Source: Victivallaceae bacterium (GTDB taxonomy: Bacteria > Verrucomicrobiota > Lentisphaeria > Victivallales > Victivallaceae). Taken from it: 24,536 bases of DNA. The position numbers and the translations under genes were made by a program. A model generated the notes under the pieces. It was not told where the DNA came from and ran no database searches. It saw only the letters and a program-made list of their open reading frames with translations. Shown in pieces: positions 1 to 8,152 of this stretch (positions are counted from its first letter, which is position 1; the number at the start of each line of letters is the position of its first letter). The stretch spans positions 1-24,536 of the forward strand of contig JBAYCO010000001.1 of assembly GCA_041668685.1 (NCBI GenBank). Direction: 5' to 3'.

Positions 1-90
1 ACTCTGCGTAGGCTGAGCCTGAGCGTAGCGAAAGGCAACATTCCCGTCTCGGTTGTGTCCCTTTGCTTAACAACGTTTACCAATTTATGA

Positions 91-196
91 CTCAAGCGAG
101 ACGCTTGAGCTACATTATTAACCATTTCCTTCTATGTTAACGTTTCCCGCTCCCCTATGGGGAGTTTAAGGCAATACCACGTCCTCTGGGCGTGGT
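91..196. repeat. Cluster of three short perfect or near-perfect hairpins, all with 3-nt loops (REP-like or IS200/IS605-end-like)
   Basis: CTCAAGCG-aga-CGCTTGAG (91-109); CTCCCC-tat-GGGGAG (150-164); ACCACGTCC-tct-GGGCGTGGT (176-196, one G.T pair). The hairpins are seen directly; the element assignment is inference. Confidence 0.5.
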
Positions 197-201
197 TTTT
201 T
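176..201 (+). terminator. Possible intrinsic terminator for a + strand transcript entering from the left
   Basis: 9-bp GC-rich stem (176-196) followed directly by a T run (196-201). There is no U-tract on the minus strand. Confidence 0.45.
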
Positions 202-2491
202 ATTTATTGAAAATCAAATTGCCGAATCCACGATAATCATGAACGATCCCGTGTTGCCAAAAACTCACTTCCGTATTACGGTGTTCTTGCTTGCAATAGC
301 GTATAAACATAACCTTCACATTTTGTTGCGGATCTGCCATTATTTCTTTAAAAGGCAATGTCAACATCACACTCCAGGAATCGGCGCCGATTTTTCGCTG
401 CAAGACAAAATTACCATTCCAGGCGGTAGTTTTATCTCTGGCATCATAAATATTGCCATTAATGTCAAAAACTATTTGGTTGCAAATTGTTTTATTTTCT
501 TTATCGCGGCCGGTTATGAACAATTCAAATTTCTCTCCTTTGGGCCATTTGTCCCGGACTGTTTTTGGGGTGGAACTGCTTATGCGTCCCGAATTGACAT
601 TTATACATTTTATTCCAAAATAAATACTATTCTTGTCATATAATATTTTCACGCTACTTTTTGCGCCGGCTTCCTTGTTGTCATGCCAAGTGGTAAATTT
701 GGTTGCGGGACAAGCCTTTTCCCAGTCACCAGAGCTAAAATCGGGATCGAAAATAACAGCGGCATCGGTTTTTACCGCTGTTATTGAAAAAGGTTCACAA
801 AGTTTCAGCTCCGCTTCAAAAACGGCACGAAGTCCGGCAAGCATTTTCGCCGCCCTGGTATCAGATATTTTCGCTGTTGCTGCATCGAGGATTTTTCGAC
901 ATTTTTCAACCACCTCCTGCCGTTCGCTGAAATTATACCAGAATGTTCTTGCTCTGTCATTGCAATCAGAACGGTTTTCGCTTTTCAGCCAGTCCTGCTC
1001 AATAACGGCATAGAATTTTTCAAGTTCATCGGCGGCGTTCCCGTAGACCCGCTTCAGGAATTCCTTTCGCAACAGTTTTATATCCTGGAACGGATTCCAG
1101 GCGGCATTGGTCGTTGTCCAGAAATACAGACCGTTGACGTCCCAGACTTTCTTCCCGTCAAGTACGCGACCGGTATCATCGGAATACATCTGCGAATAAG
1201 TCTTATTTATTCCCAGTTTATTGACATATTTCCAGTCGGCGGCGGCGATTGCGTCTATCGGCCGGGGATAAGCCCCCGTCAAACCGTAATATTCCCGTAA
1301 AGTCAAGTTTCTGGTTTTCTTTGTCCACTCTAAAAGCCGTTTCCGGGTTTCACTGTTCAACGGCGATGATAACGGCGCTTTGCTGTTCCTTTGGATCGGG
1401 CAGAAGGAAATATCGATATTCGGTTCGATTCGGCAACGGGGTGGAATCTCCGTAAAAAAATAACTGAAAGTGAGTATTTTCTTGTCTGGATATTTCTTTT
1501 GCATGTACCGGGCGATCCGGTTCAGCCATAAAAAAAACTGGGTTGAGCGAAAAGCTTTGTCGTTTTTATTTATGCTTTCGCCGTTGTCCAGTTTGAGCGG
1601 TTCGAGGCATGCCGGACAGTTACATAGATGATAATTGTCTTCTATCATTATCCTGTAAGTGTCATAATCCGGGTATTTCCTGATTTTCGCGTCCAGTTCC
1701 CGAATAAAAGCCTTCGTCATTTCATCACTGCTGAAACAAAGCTGGACCTTGTCCTTAAAGGCGCTCGGCCTGACTCTTTTCCCGTCGATAAGCGGGTAAT
1801 ACTCCGGGTGTCGTTTAAAATATTTCTTTTCACGAAGATATACCTGTACCAGGTTATGCCCGCCGCCGTATTCGGTTATATTGCCGAACTGCGGACAGGA
1901 ATTACAGTAAATCGTCCTTGCGCTCCAGTTGCTGCCGTTACGCACCTGCCAGGCATCGGAAAATATGCCGTTTTTGCCGCCGCCCGTCATCTGCCAGCCG
2001 CGAAGCGCGAAAACCGGAATGTCAATATAATCCGTAACGGTTAGTTTGAAATCGGGTTTTTTACTGAATATCGTTCCGAATTCGGGATTGGGGCGCGCCC
2101 AGATAATATCGCTGTTTTTAAACAGGAGCTTATAGATCCCGTTGAGAACCCCCTTAGATTTTGAACCGAAAATATAAAGTTTACCGTCCCGTTCCCGGAC
2201 TGCGTAACCGTCATTGTTTTTCAGCTTTTTCAAGTCATCGGGGAACCCCGAAGGATTAACGCTCAGAATAATTTTATAAGGCATTTTGCCGGGATTATGA
2301 ACCAGCGGCAGTTCGGCGCCTGAAATCTCGCGAACCCAGCGCCGCAGCTCATGTGCGGCATAATTTAAAACCTTATCTGCAGAAGAAATCGTTACTATCT
2401 CAGCAAGCGCCCGCCCGTTTTTTGCAAGCGGAATTTCCGCAACCAGCAGTATCGGAAGAAAAAATATAAGTATATGCGACAGTAATTTCAC
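200..2491 (-). CDS. DUF4838-type secreted protein (GH67/GH20-like N-terminal domain, central DUF4838 barrel, C-terminal CBM9-like sugar-binding domain), 763 aa
   Basis: GTG start with AAGGAG RBS. Signal-peptide-like N-terminus. Motifs YAAHELRRWVREISGAELP, DGYAVRERDGKLYIFG, HPEYYPLIDGKR, QLCFS, CNCPAC, FSYFFTEIPP and C-terminal YDKNSIYFGIKC...WSVMLTLPF. Confidence 0.75.
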   Translation of the reverse strand: MKLLSHILIFFLPILLVAEIPLAKNGRALAEIVTISSADKVLNYAAHELRRWVREISGAELPLVHNPGKMPYKIILSVNPSGFPDDLKKLKNNDGYAVRERDGKLYIFGSKSKGVLNGIYKLLFKNSDIIWARPNPEFGTIFSKKPDFKLTVTDYIDIPVFALRGWQMTGGGKNGIFSDAWQVRNGSNWSARTIYCNSCPQFGNITEYGGGHNLVQVYLREKKYFKRHPEYYPLIDGKRVRPSAFKDKVQLCFSSDEMTKAFIRELDAKIRKYPDYDTYRIMIEDNYHLCNCPACLEPLKLDNGESINKNDKAFRSTQFFLWLNRIARYMQKKYPDKKILTFSYFFTEIPPRCRIEPNIDISFCPIQRNSKAPLSSPLNSETRKRLLEWTKKTRNLTLREYYGLTGAYPRPIDAIAAADWKYVNKLGINKTYSQMYSDDTGRVLDGKKVWDVNGLYFWTTTNAAWNPFQDIKLLRKEFLKRVYGNAADELEKFYAVIEQDWLKSENRSDCNDRARTFWYNFSERQEVVEKCRKILDAATAKISDTRAAKMLAGLRAVFEAELKLCEPFSITAVKTDAAVIFDPDFSSGDWEKACPATKFTTWHDNKEAGAKSSVKILYDKNSIYFGIKCINVNSGRISSSTPKTVRDKWPKGEKFELFITGRDKENKTICNQIVFDINGNIYDARDKTTAWNGNFVLQRKIGADSWSVMLTLPFKEIMADPQQNVKVMFIRYCKQEHRNTEVSFWQHGIVHDYRGFGNLIFNK

Positions 2492-2506
2492 TGTAAGGGC
2501 TCCTTT

Positions 2507-3247
2507 TTAATCACACGGTACAAAGTCGCCATCATACAATGACTTGCCGCCGGCATAACGCAAAATTCCAACATGCCCGTCCTTAAACAGGAAATTACTG
2601 TATCCTCCGTGTCCCCAGGTAGGACCAAACTTACTGCCGAAGAATCTGGAAGAGTTAATATCAGCTCCCTGATATAACCTTAATGCTTGATTAATATTTC
2701 CTGACACTTTATAAAAATACTGTTCTCCCATAATAATACAGCCGTCTTTAACCATATTTATTTTATGGTAAAAATTGTATTCATTCTCCGTGGTGGTATA
2801 CATCCAGCCGCCGCAACGCGGATTATCGTTATCCTGTTTACAGGTAGATGAATAATTACTGTAATAATACTCTCCTTCCGGGTCGCCGCTCCAACAGGGA
2901 GATTGTGAAGCGGTGCCGATTATCGGACAAAAATACATGCCGTTAGTGTTTTTAAAGACCAGTCCTTCATAACCGATATCTTCGCTTTCCCGTTTAAGAT
3001 AAACATTAATATCCCGCACCCATTTCCAGTAATACGCGCTCGGCAACCAACCATCATAATCATTTACGTATAAAGACAACCCGGAACTAATTTGTTTTAT
3101 ATTGTTGGCACAACAAGCGCGATATGCCTTACTCCTTGCCTTATTCAGTGCCGGAAGCAGCATTGACGCGAGTATCGCTATGATCGCAATCACAACGAGA
3201 AGTTCGATGAGTGTGAAGTTAATTCTATTAATTTTTTCAATTTTCAT
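2507..3247 (-). CDS. Prepilin-type N-terminal cleavage/methylation protein with C-terminal H-X9-DG motif (DUF1559-like), 246 aa
   Basis: [28 protein letters not shown]...C.NN.KQI and C-terminal [22 protein letters not shown]. Confidence 0.9.
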   Translation of the reverse strand: MKIEKINRINFTLIELLVVIAIIAILASMLLPALNKARSKAYRACCANNIKQISSGLSLYVNDYDGWLPSAYYWKWVRDINVYLKRESEDIGYEGLVFKNTNGMYFCPIIGTASQSPCWSGDPEGEYYYSNYSSTCKQDNDNPRCGGWMYTTTENEYNFYHKINMVKDGCIIMGEQYFYKVSGNINQALRLYQGADINSSRFFGSKFGPTWGHGGYSNFLFKDGHVGILRYAGGKSLYDGDFVPCD

Positions 3248-3269
3248 TTATTGACCTCCTGTCATTTTT

Positions 3270-4286
3270 TTAATTTTTAACACTTGTTCCTTCGTGAAAA
3301 GTCGGCTGTATCATGATTTTTACCGGTAAGAGACGCGCCCCGTTAATTATTTCCATGACAAGCTTTGCGGCATATCTGCAAACGGCGCCTAGATTACTGC
3401 TGCATCCATTAAAGCCGAAGCGCGGATGATCATTATGCCCTCCCGTAACCGCGATATCATCCGGTACCGAATAGCCGCATTTTTCCAAAGTTTTTACTGT
3501 TGCCAACGCCCGGAAATCATCGGTGCAAATGATAGCAGTAACAGAATTTTTCAGCAACTGTTCAACCTGCAAGCTATAATCAGGTAATTCCGTCTCCATT
3601 GGAATAATACCGTCAACAGCAGGGCGTTGCCAGCGTTTAACTAACTTGTCGTCAAATTCCAATCCAAAAATTTCCAATGCATCACAATAACCGCGATAGC
3701 GTTCCCGGGTAACATGTTTATCTCCCATATCCGACAGAAACGCGATTCTGCGGTGGCCAAGCTTGTATAAATATTCGACGGTGCGAAACCCGATACTCCA
3801 TTGATCCGTAATCACCCAGTTGCAGTCCAGCAATGGATCATAATGCTGAATCCCCACATGCGGCAGCGGCTGCACGTATTTATGATAAAATTCCTGCGAC
3901 ATCAGGCCGTGAAAAATTATCCCGTCCACTTCTTCGCGTAGAAGACTCGGCGGTGTTTTTTCGTCAACGCCGACATCGGATACGATAAGATTATAGCCTT
4001 CTTCCCCGATAACCTTGTTAATGCCGTTGACTATCGGCATATAAGTAGCGTCTTCGTGCAGCGATTCAGGTGAAAGGGTTTGGGAAAACGCCAGAAAAAC
4101 AATCTGCCTGGTTTTCCGGGATAATGTCCTTTTCCGGCGCTTATCAAAATTATAGCCTAACTGCCGGGCAATATCGACTATCCGGCGCTGGTTTTCAGAA
4201 ATCGTGTTTTCGGGAGCGCGCAATGCGCGTGACACGGTGGCTATCGAGACTTCCGCTTCCCTGGCTATGGTTTCTATGTTAGACAT
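3270..4286 (-). CDS. LacI-family transcriptional regulator (start reassigned to ATG 4286)
   Basis: HTH NIETIAREAEVSIATVSRAL and sugar-binding core YLYKLGHRRIAFL...RYRGYCDAL...GYSVPDDIAV. The ORF-track TTG start at 4352 is the -35 box of its promoter. Confidence 0.9.
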   Translation of the reverse strand: MSNIETIAREAEVSIATVSRALRAPENTISENQRRIVDIARQLGYNFDKRRKRTLSRKTRQIVFLAFSQTLSPESLHEDATYMPIVNGINKVIGEEGYNLIVSDVGVDEKTPPSLLREEVDGIIFHGLMSQEFYHKYVQPLPHVGIQHYDPLLDCNWVITDQWSIGFRTVEYLYKLGHRRIAFLSDMGDKHVTRERYRGYCDALEIFGLEFDDKLVKRWQRPAVDGIIPMETELPDYSLQVEQLLKNSVTAIICTDDFRALATVKTLEKCGYSVPDDIAVTGGHNDHPRFGFNGCSSNLGAVCRYAAKLVMEIINGARLLPVKIMIQPTFHEGTSVKN

Positions 4287-4323
4287 AAGCTTTCCGTTTA
4301 TAGGTTTTATTAATTCATAAATA

Positions 4324-4352
4324 ATTATAAATGAAAAAGCTGAAAATGTCAA
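4324..4352 (-). promoter_or_regulatory. Consensus sigma70 promoter for the lacI-prepilin-DUF4838 module
   Basis: Minus strand TTGACA (4352-4347), 17-bp spacer, TATAAT (4329-4324): a perfect consensus. Confidence 0.8.
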
Positions 4353-4393
4353 TCTTTTTCATGAAAAAAGTCGCTTTTTTCATGAAAAAGATT
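4351..4393. repeat. Perfect 20-bp inverted repeat whose arms are each internal palindromes (terminator and/or tandem operator)
   Basis: AATCTTTTTCATGAAAAAAG-tcg-CTTTTTTCATGAAAAAGATT; each arm contains TTTTTCATGAAAAA. Confidence 0.7.
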
Positions 4394-5342
4394 ATCTCTT
4401 GACGGGATTTTGCTTCATCGCGTCGATTATTTCCTGGAAATCTTCCGGAATCGGGGATTCGAAGCTCATCAGCTCGCCGCTCGCCGGATGCGGGATATTA
4501 AGCTTCCAGGCATGAAGCATCTGGCGTTCTACATGAAGCTGTTGTTTGCCGCCGTATGTCTGGTCTCCGATTATCGGATGTCCCAGCGACGCCAGATGCA
4601 CCCGTATCTGATGAGTACGCCCGGTCAAAATATTTACGCTCAGCAAGCTTAACAGCACTTCCTGGTAAAAGCCGGACTGCAGGACGTTGTAAACAGTAAC
4701 CGCCTCTTTGCCGTTGCGGGGGACTATCGCCATCTTTTTGCGGTTGACCGGATGCCGCCCGATCATGCTTATGATTTCTTTAGTCGATTCCCTGGGTATG
4801 CCCGGAACTATGGCCAGATAAGTTTTTGCCACTTTACGGTCGGCAAAAAATTTCGAAAGGCGGAACTGGGCTTCCGGGGTTTTGGCGGCGACCAGCACCC
4901 CGGTAGTGTCTTTGTCAAGGCGGTGTACGATACCCGGCCTGCCGCCTGAAGTATACATTGTGTCGGCCATATACGGATAGCGCGCCAGCAAAGCGTTGAC
5001 GATTGTTCCCGTCTCGTTGCCTTCCGCGGGATGAACAACCATGTTCCAGGGTTTGTCGATGATCAACATGCTGTCGTCTTCATAAAGAACCGGCAAATCG
5101 ATCTGTTCCGCGATTGGGGCGTCTTCCTCCGGTTCCTCTATCTCAACGGTTATTTCCATGCCGGCGGAAACCCTGAAGCGCTGATTGGTACATATTTCGC
5201 CGTTAATGCGGGCCTTGCCGTTTTTTATATGGGCCTGAAGAAACGCCCTGGAGCATTGCGGTATCAGGCTTGAAAGGCAGCGGTCAAAACGCAACCCGTC
5301 ACTGGCTTTGTTGATCGTCAGTTTTATTTTTTTCGTCGTCAT
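4392..5342 (-). CDS. rluD: RluA-family 23S rRNA pseudouridine synthase with S4 domain (RluD-like)
   Basis: S4-like RFDRCLS..SRAFLQ; catalytic HRLDKDTTG; GRTHQIRVH; IIGDQTYG; RQMLHAW. Confidence 0.92.
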   Translation of the reverse strand: MTTKKIKLTINKASDGLRFDRCLSSLIPQCSRAFLQAHIKNGKARINGEICTNQRFRVSAGMEITVEIEEPEEDAPIAEQIDLPVLYEDDSMLIIDKPWNMVVHPAEGNETGTIVNALLARYPYMADTMYTSGGRPGIVHRLDKDTTGVLVAAKTPEAQFRLSKFFADRKVAKTYLAIVPGIPRESTKEIISMIGRHPVNRKKMAIVPRNGKEAVTVYNVLQSGFYQEVLLSLLSVNILTGRTHQIRVHLASLGHPIIGDQTYGGKQQLHVERQMLHAWKLNIPHPASGELMSFESPIPEDFQEIIDAMKQNPVKR

Positions 5343-6102
5343 GGCGCCTCAGGAAGTAAATTAGAGTAAAAATGCCTGCCGGAATCAATAAGAGGCCGAT
5401 TGTCTGGGCCGGCGTTAATCCGCCCAGCCAGAGCTGGTCGTAACTGTGATCACCGCGGAAAAATTCGTCTATAAAACGCATTATTCCATATAGAGTTATA
5501 TATGCGCCTAAAGTAATTCCGCGCCTGGCGCGCCGGAGAACACAGAGCAAAAACGCCGCCAGCAAAATGTTGCCGAAACTTTCGTATAATTGTACCGGGT
5601 GCAGAGGAGCCCCGGAATATTTCAAGGCCGGGGCGGAGCCTTCGGGATAATGCACGCCGATCCAGGAATAAGTGACTTTACCGTAACAGCAGCCATTCAG
5701 GAAGCAGCCGATCCGGCCCATTGCGTGACCGATTGCCAGGGCCGGGGAAAAAACATCCAGAACCCTGATTATATCCAGTTTGGTGTTCCGGCAATAAATG
5801 GCCAGAGCGCAAATGGCAAGGAAAAAGCCGCCGTAAAAAACCAATCCCCCATGATCGATACGGAATATTTCCCAAAGATCCCCCCGGAACTGCGCCCAGT
5901 TCTGAATTACGTAAAATATCCTGCTGCCGGCGACTCCGCTGATTATGGCGATGAAAAGCAAAGCCGAAGCCTGGTTTTCATTCATCCCGGCTCGTTTGCG
6001 GTTAAGGTTCAGGAACAAAGCCGCCAGCAGAAAACCAATTGCCGCCATGACGCCGTACCAGCGAATAGTTAACGGGCCTATTGAAAAAAATATTGGATGC
6101 AT
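5299..6102 (-). CDS. lgt: Prolipoprotein diacylglyceryl transferase
   Basis: IRWYGVM, GGLVFYGG, RIGCFLNGCCYG, HPVQLYES, RFIDEFFRGD. Overlaps the rluD start by 44 bp. Confidence 0.95.
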   Translation of the reverse strand: MHPIFFSIGPLTIRWYGVMAAIGFLLAALFLNLNRKRAGMNENQASALLFIAIISGVAGSRIFYVIQNWAQFRGDLWEIFRIDHGGLVFYGGFFLAICALAIYCRNTKLDIIRVLDVFSPALAIGHAMGRIGCFLNGCCYGKVTYSWIGVHYPEGSAPALKYSGAPLHPVQLYESFGNILLAAFLLCVLRRARRGITLGAYITLYGIMRFIDEFFRGDHSYDQLWLGGLTPAQTIGLLLIPAGIFTLIYFLRRHDDEKNKTDDQQSQ

Positions 6103-7136
6103 TAATTAACCTTTTCCTCTTTGTCCGCGAAATATTCCATTAAGAAAACAACGGCGAAACCGATCAGCGCCAAAGCAAGCGCGAAATAAAACATTTTATC
6201 AAAACTTGCGGGCCAGATGTTGCGGTCGGCCAGGATTTTTATTTTATTGCCTGCGATTTTATACGGTTCGATGTCGGCGGTGTTTACGGTTAATACGTCG
6301 GTTTTCGTCCTTACCGAGTATTTCAGGATCATCTTCCATGGCCACAATTTCCACAGGGAGCCGGCCATAAAGCCGATCAGCGTAGCCACTGTTAAATCAT
6401 GATACTTTTTAAACAGGTAATTGAGCAGGTGCACGAATGACCCCAAGCCGGCAATACAGCCCGCGCCAAGAAAAACAACGGTTTCAATCGCTTTCATGAG
6501 CGCTTCCGCGGAAGCGCCTTTGCCCAACGCCCCGACAATCGCGACGGAGCCCCAGACGTAACGGAACTGCCCGAATACCAGCAGGAGGAACGAACCGGAA
6601 ATCCCCGGCAGGATCATCGCGCATATTACAATCATTCCGGAGAGAAAAGATATCCACCACAAGTTCGGGGTTTCGGTGGGGATTATATTGACGATCAGGT
6701 AAGCCGCCACCGCTCCGACTGCGAGCATTATGATACGGCTGACGCTCCATTTTTTTACTTTTTTCAGGACGACAAAAACCGATGCCGCAACTAAACCGAA
6801 AAAGAACGCGAAGGTCAAAGTCGCGTGTTCCGTCACCAGATAAGTAAAGAGTCTGGCGCATGACAGAATAGCGATCAGGACGCCTGCTCCAAGTGCGGCG
6901 AGGAATTTCCACGGCAAAGTATCATAGAGTTTTTTGATCTTAAAGGTAAAAACATCCCTGATTGTTTCCCAGGAAGCGATTTTACGTATAGCTCCGATCA
7001 GTTCTTCATATATTCCAAGCAGAAATGCCATAGTTCCGCCGGAAACTCCAGGAATAACGTTTGCCACTCCCATTGCAAAACCGGAAAGGGCCAGTTTAAT
7101 ATAATCTACTGGTGTGCGTTTATTTATCTCCGCCAT
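6102..7136 (-). CDS. DUF368 membrane protein (PopT-like undecaprenyl-phosphate translocase family)
   Basis: GFAMGVANVIPGVSGGTMAFLLGIYEELI and AMILPGISGSFLLLVFG. Its stop overlaps the lgt start (TAATG). Confidence 0.88.
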   Translation of the reverse strand: MAEINKRTPVDYIKLALSGFAMGVANVIPGVSGGTMAFLLGIYEELIGAIRKIASWETIRDVFTFKIKKLYDTLPWKFLAALGAGVLIAILSCARLFTYLVTEHATLTFAFFFGLVAASVFVVLKKVKKWSVSRIIMLAVGAVAAYLIVNIIPTETPNLWWISFLSGMIVICAMILPGISGSFLLLVFGQFRYVWGSVAIVGALGKGASAEALMKAIETVVFLGAGCIAGLGSFVHLLNYLFKKYHDLTVATLIGFMAGSLWKLWPWKMILKYSVRTKTDVLTVNTADIEPYKIAGNKIKILADRNIWPASFDKMFYFALALALIGFAVVFLMEYFADKEEKVN

Positions 7137-7264
7137 ATTGATTCCTTATTATCAGGTTAATTAAATAAGCCTCAATATAGCTTCTTTTCGCGAAAATTCA
7201 TATTTTTTTCAGCTTTTGTGTGGATTTTTAGCAAAAAAGGATTATTTTTTAAGCTCTTGGGAAC

Positions 7265-7338
7265 AACCCCGTGGTGTAATGGTAGCACAAGTGGTTTTGG
7301 TCCACTTAGTCTAGGTTCGAATCCTGGCGGGGTTGCCA
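7265..7338 (+). tRNA. tRNA-Gln (anticodon TTG), CCA encoded
   Basis: Acceptor AACCCCG/CGGGGTT; D arm GTGT-AATGGTA-GCAC; anticodon arm AGTGG-TTTTGGT-CCACT; T arm CTAGG-TTCGAAT-CCTGG; discriminator G then CCA. Confidence 0.96.
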
Positions 7339-7339
7339 G
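7289..7339 (+). repeat. attL: 51-bp direct repeat (3' part of tRNA-Gln)
   Basis: AAGTGGTTTTGGTCCACTTAGTCTAGGTTCGAATCCTGGCGGGGTTGCCAG, identical to 10806-10856. Confidence 0.95.
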
Positions 7340-7420
7340 CTTTTTCGCCTCAAAATCGCACTTTTTCAAGATTTTTTCTCATCGCTTCTCAGCCCTTCTT
7401 TTGCCCTCTCTGACGCTCGA

Positions 7421-7461
7421 AAAGCATACAAAAAGCATACAAACGCGATTTTGTAGGCTTT
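7421..7461. promoter_or_regulatory. Candidate integrase arm-type binding sites (P' arm)
   Basis: AAAGCATACAA twice in tandem (7421-7431, 7432-7442) plus an inverted copy TTGTAGGCTTT (7451-7461, reverse complement AAAGCCTACAA). Confidence 0.65.
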
Positions 7462-7660
7462 TTGAGCTCAAAATACAAAAAATCAGACAATCGTTTTTAT
7501 CCGTAGGCAGAATACAATTACGAATGTGAGCTCGAACCGATAATTTCTTATGCCGCTTTGGATGAGGAATTCGATGACAAGCTTGCTCAAATGATAACCG
7601 AAAACGGGAAATTGTGCAAATGCAAAAACTTTGCAGAGAATAAAAGTTAGTTTAAGGCAT

Positions 7661-8002
7661 CTACTTTTTAGTTTGATCTGCCTGCTGTCTGTCAATTTCC
7701 GCCGGGGTTTTGATTTCTTCAATGTACTGTAAAACTTTCAGGCGGTTGCTTCTGCCGAGACATTTCCATTCGCTGAGTAATTCCGAAGTTAAGCGGTCGA
7801 ATTCATCAATATTTACGCCTGTCGGGGATTTCAATATGCTTTTGATTATTCTTTTATTGCCGGCTCTAAGTTTTACTTTACCGGTCAGCCAGCGATATAA
7901 GCTTTCGCGGGTAACTCCGAGGAGATTGGCCAGTTCAGCTTGAGTCAGATTATGAGTTTCACGATATTCGGCTAATTTATTGAGCAATGTTGCATCATCC
8001 AT
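7661..8002 (-). CDS. XRE/Cro-C1-family helix-turn-helix regulator, 113 aa (start reassigned to ATG 8002)
   Basis: LAEYRETHNLTQAELANLLGVTRESLYRWLTGK; GGAG RBS upstream of ATG 8002. Confidence 0.85.
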   Translation of the reverse strand: MDDATLLNKLAEYRETHNLTQAELANLLGVTRESLYRWLTGKVKLRAGNKRIIKSILKSPTGVNIDEFDRLTSELLSEWKCLGRSNRLKVLQYIEEIKTPAEIDRQQADQTKK

Positions 8003-8023
8003 GATATTATCTCCATTAAATAT

Positions 8024-8049
8024 TGTTATATAATATGTATTATACAACA
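8024..8049. promoter_or_regulatory. Imperfect palindrome upstream of the XRE gene (candidate operator, back-to-back TATAAT boxes)
   Basis: TGTTATATAAT-atgt-ATTATACAACA: 11-bp arms with 1 mismatch. Confidence 0.45.
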
Positions 8050-8152
8050 TATCCATAAAAAATCCACTAAAATATTGCAAAATATAAAACATTCAGCGTA
8101 TAAAGATAGTTTTATTTATCATTTATGCAGCATGGAGAAAGTTGCATCAGGA

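Noticed and set aside
1-120. HEARO/omega-RNA or group II intron at the left edge
   Set aside because: Only short matches (CTCTGCG, AACATT); no domain V or full omega-RNA pattern and no associated ORF within the window.
4287-4352. N-terminal extension of LacI from TTG 4352
   Set aside because: That TTG is the -35 hexamer of a consensus promoter; the HTH starts at ATG 4286.
7172-7529. ORFs 7172-7369 (-) and 7218-7529 (+)
   Set aside because: They overlap the tRNA and attL; peptides such as TPPGFEPRLSGPKPLVLPLHH are typical tRNA shadow translations.
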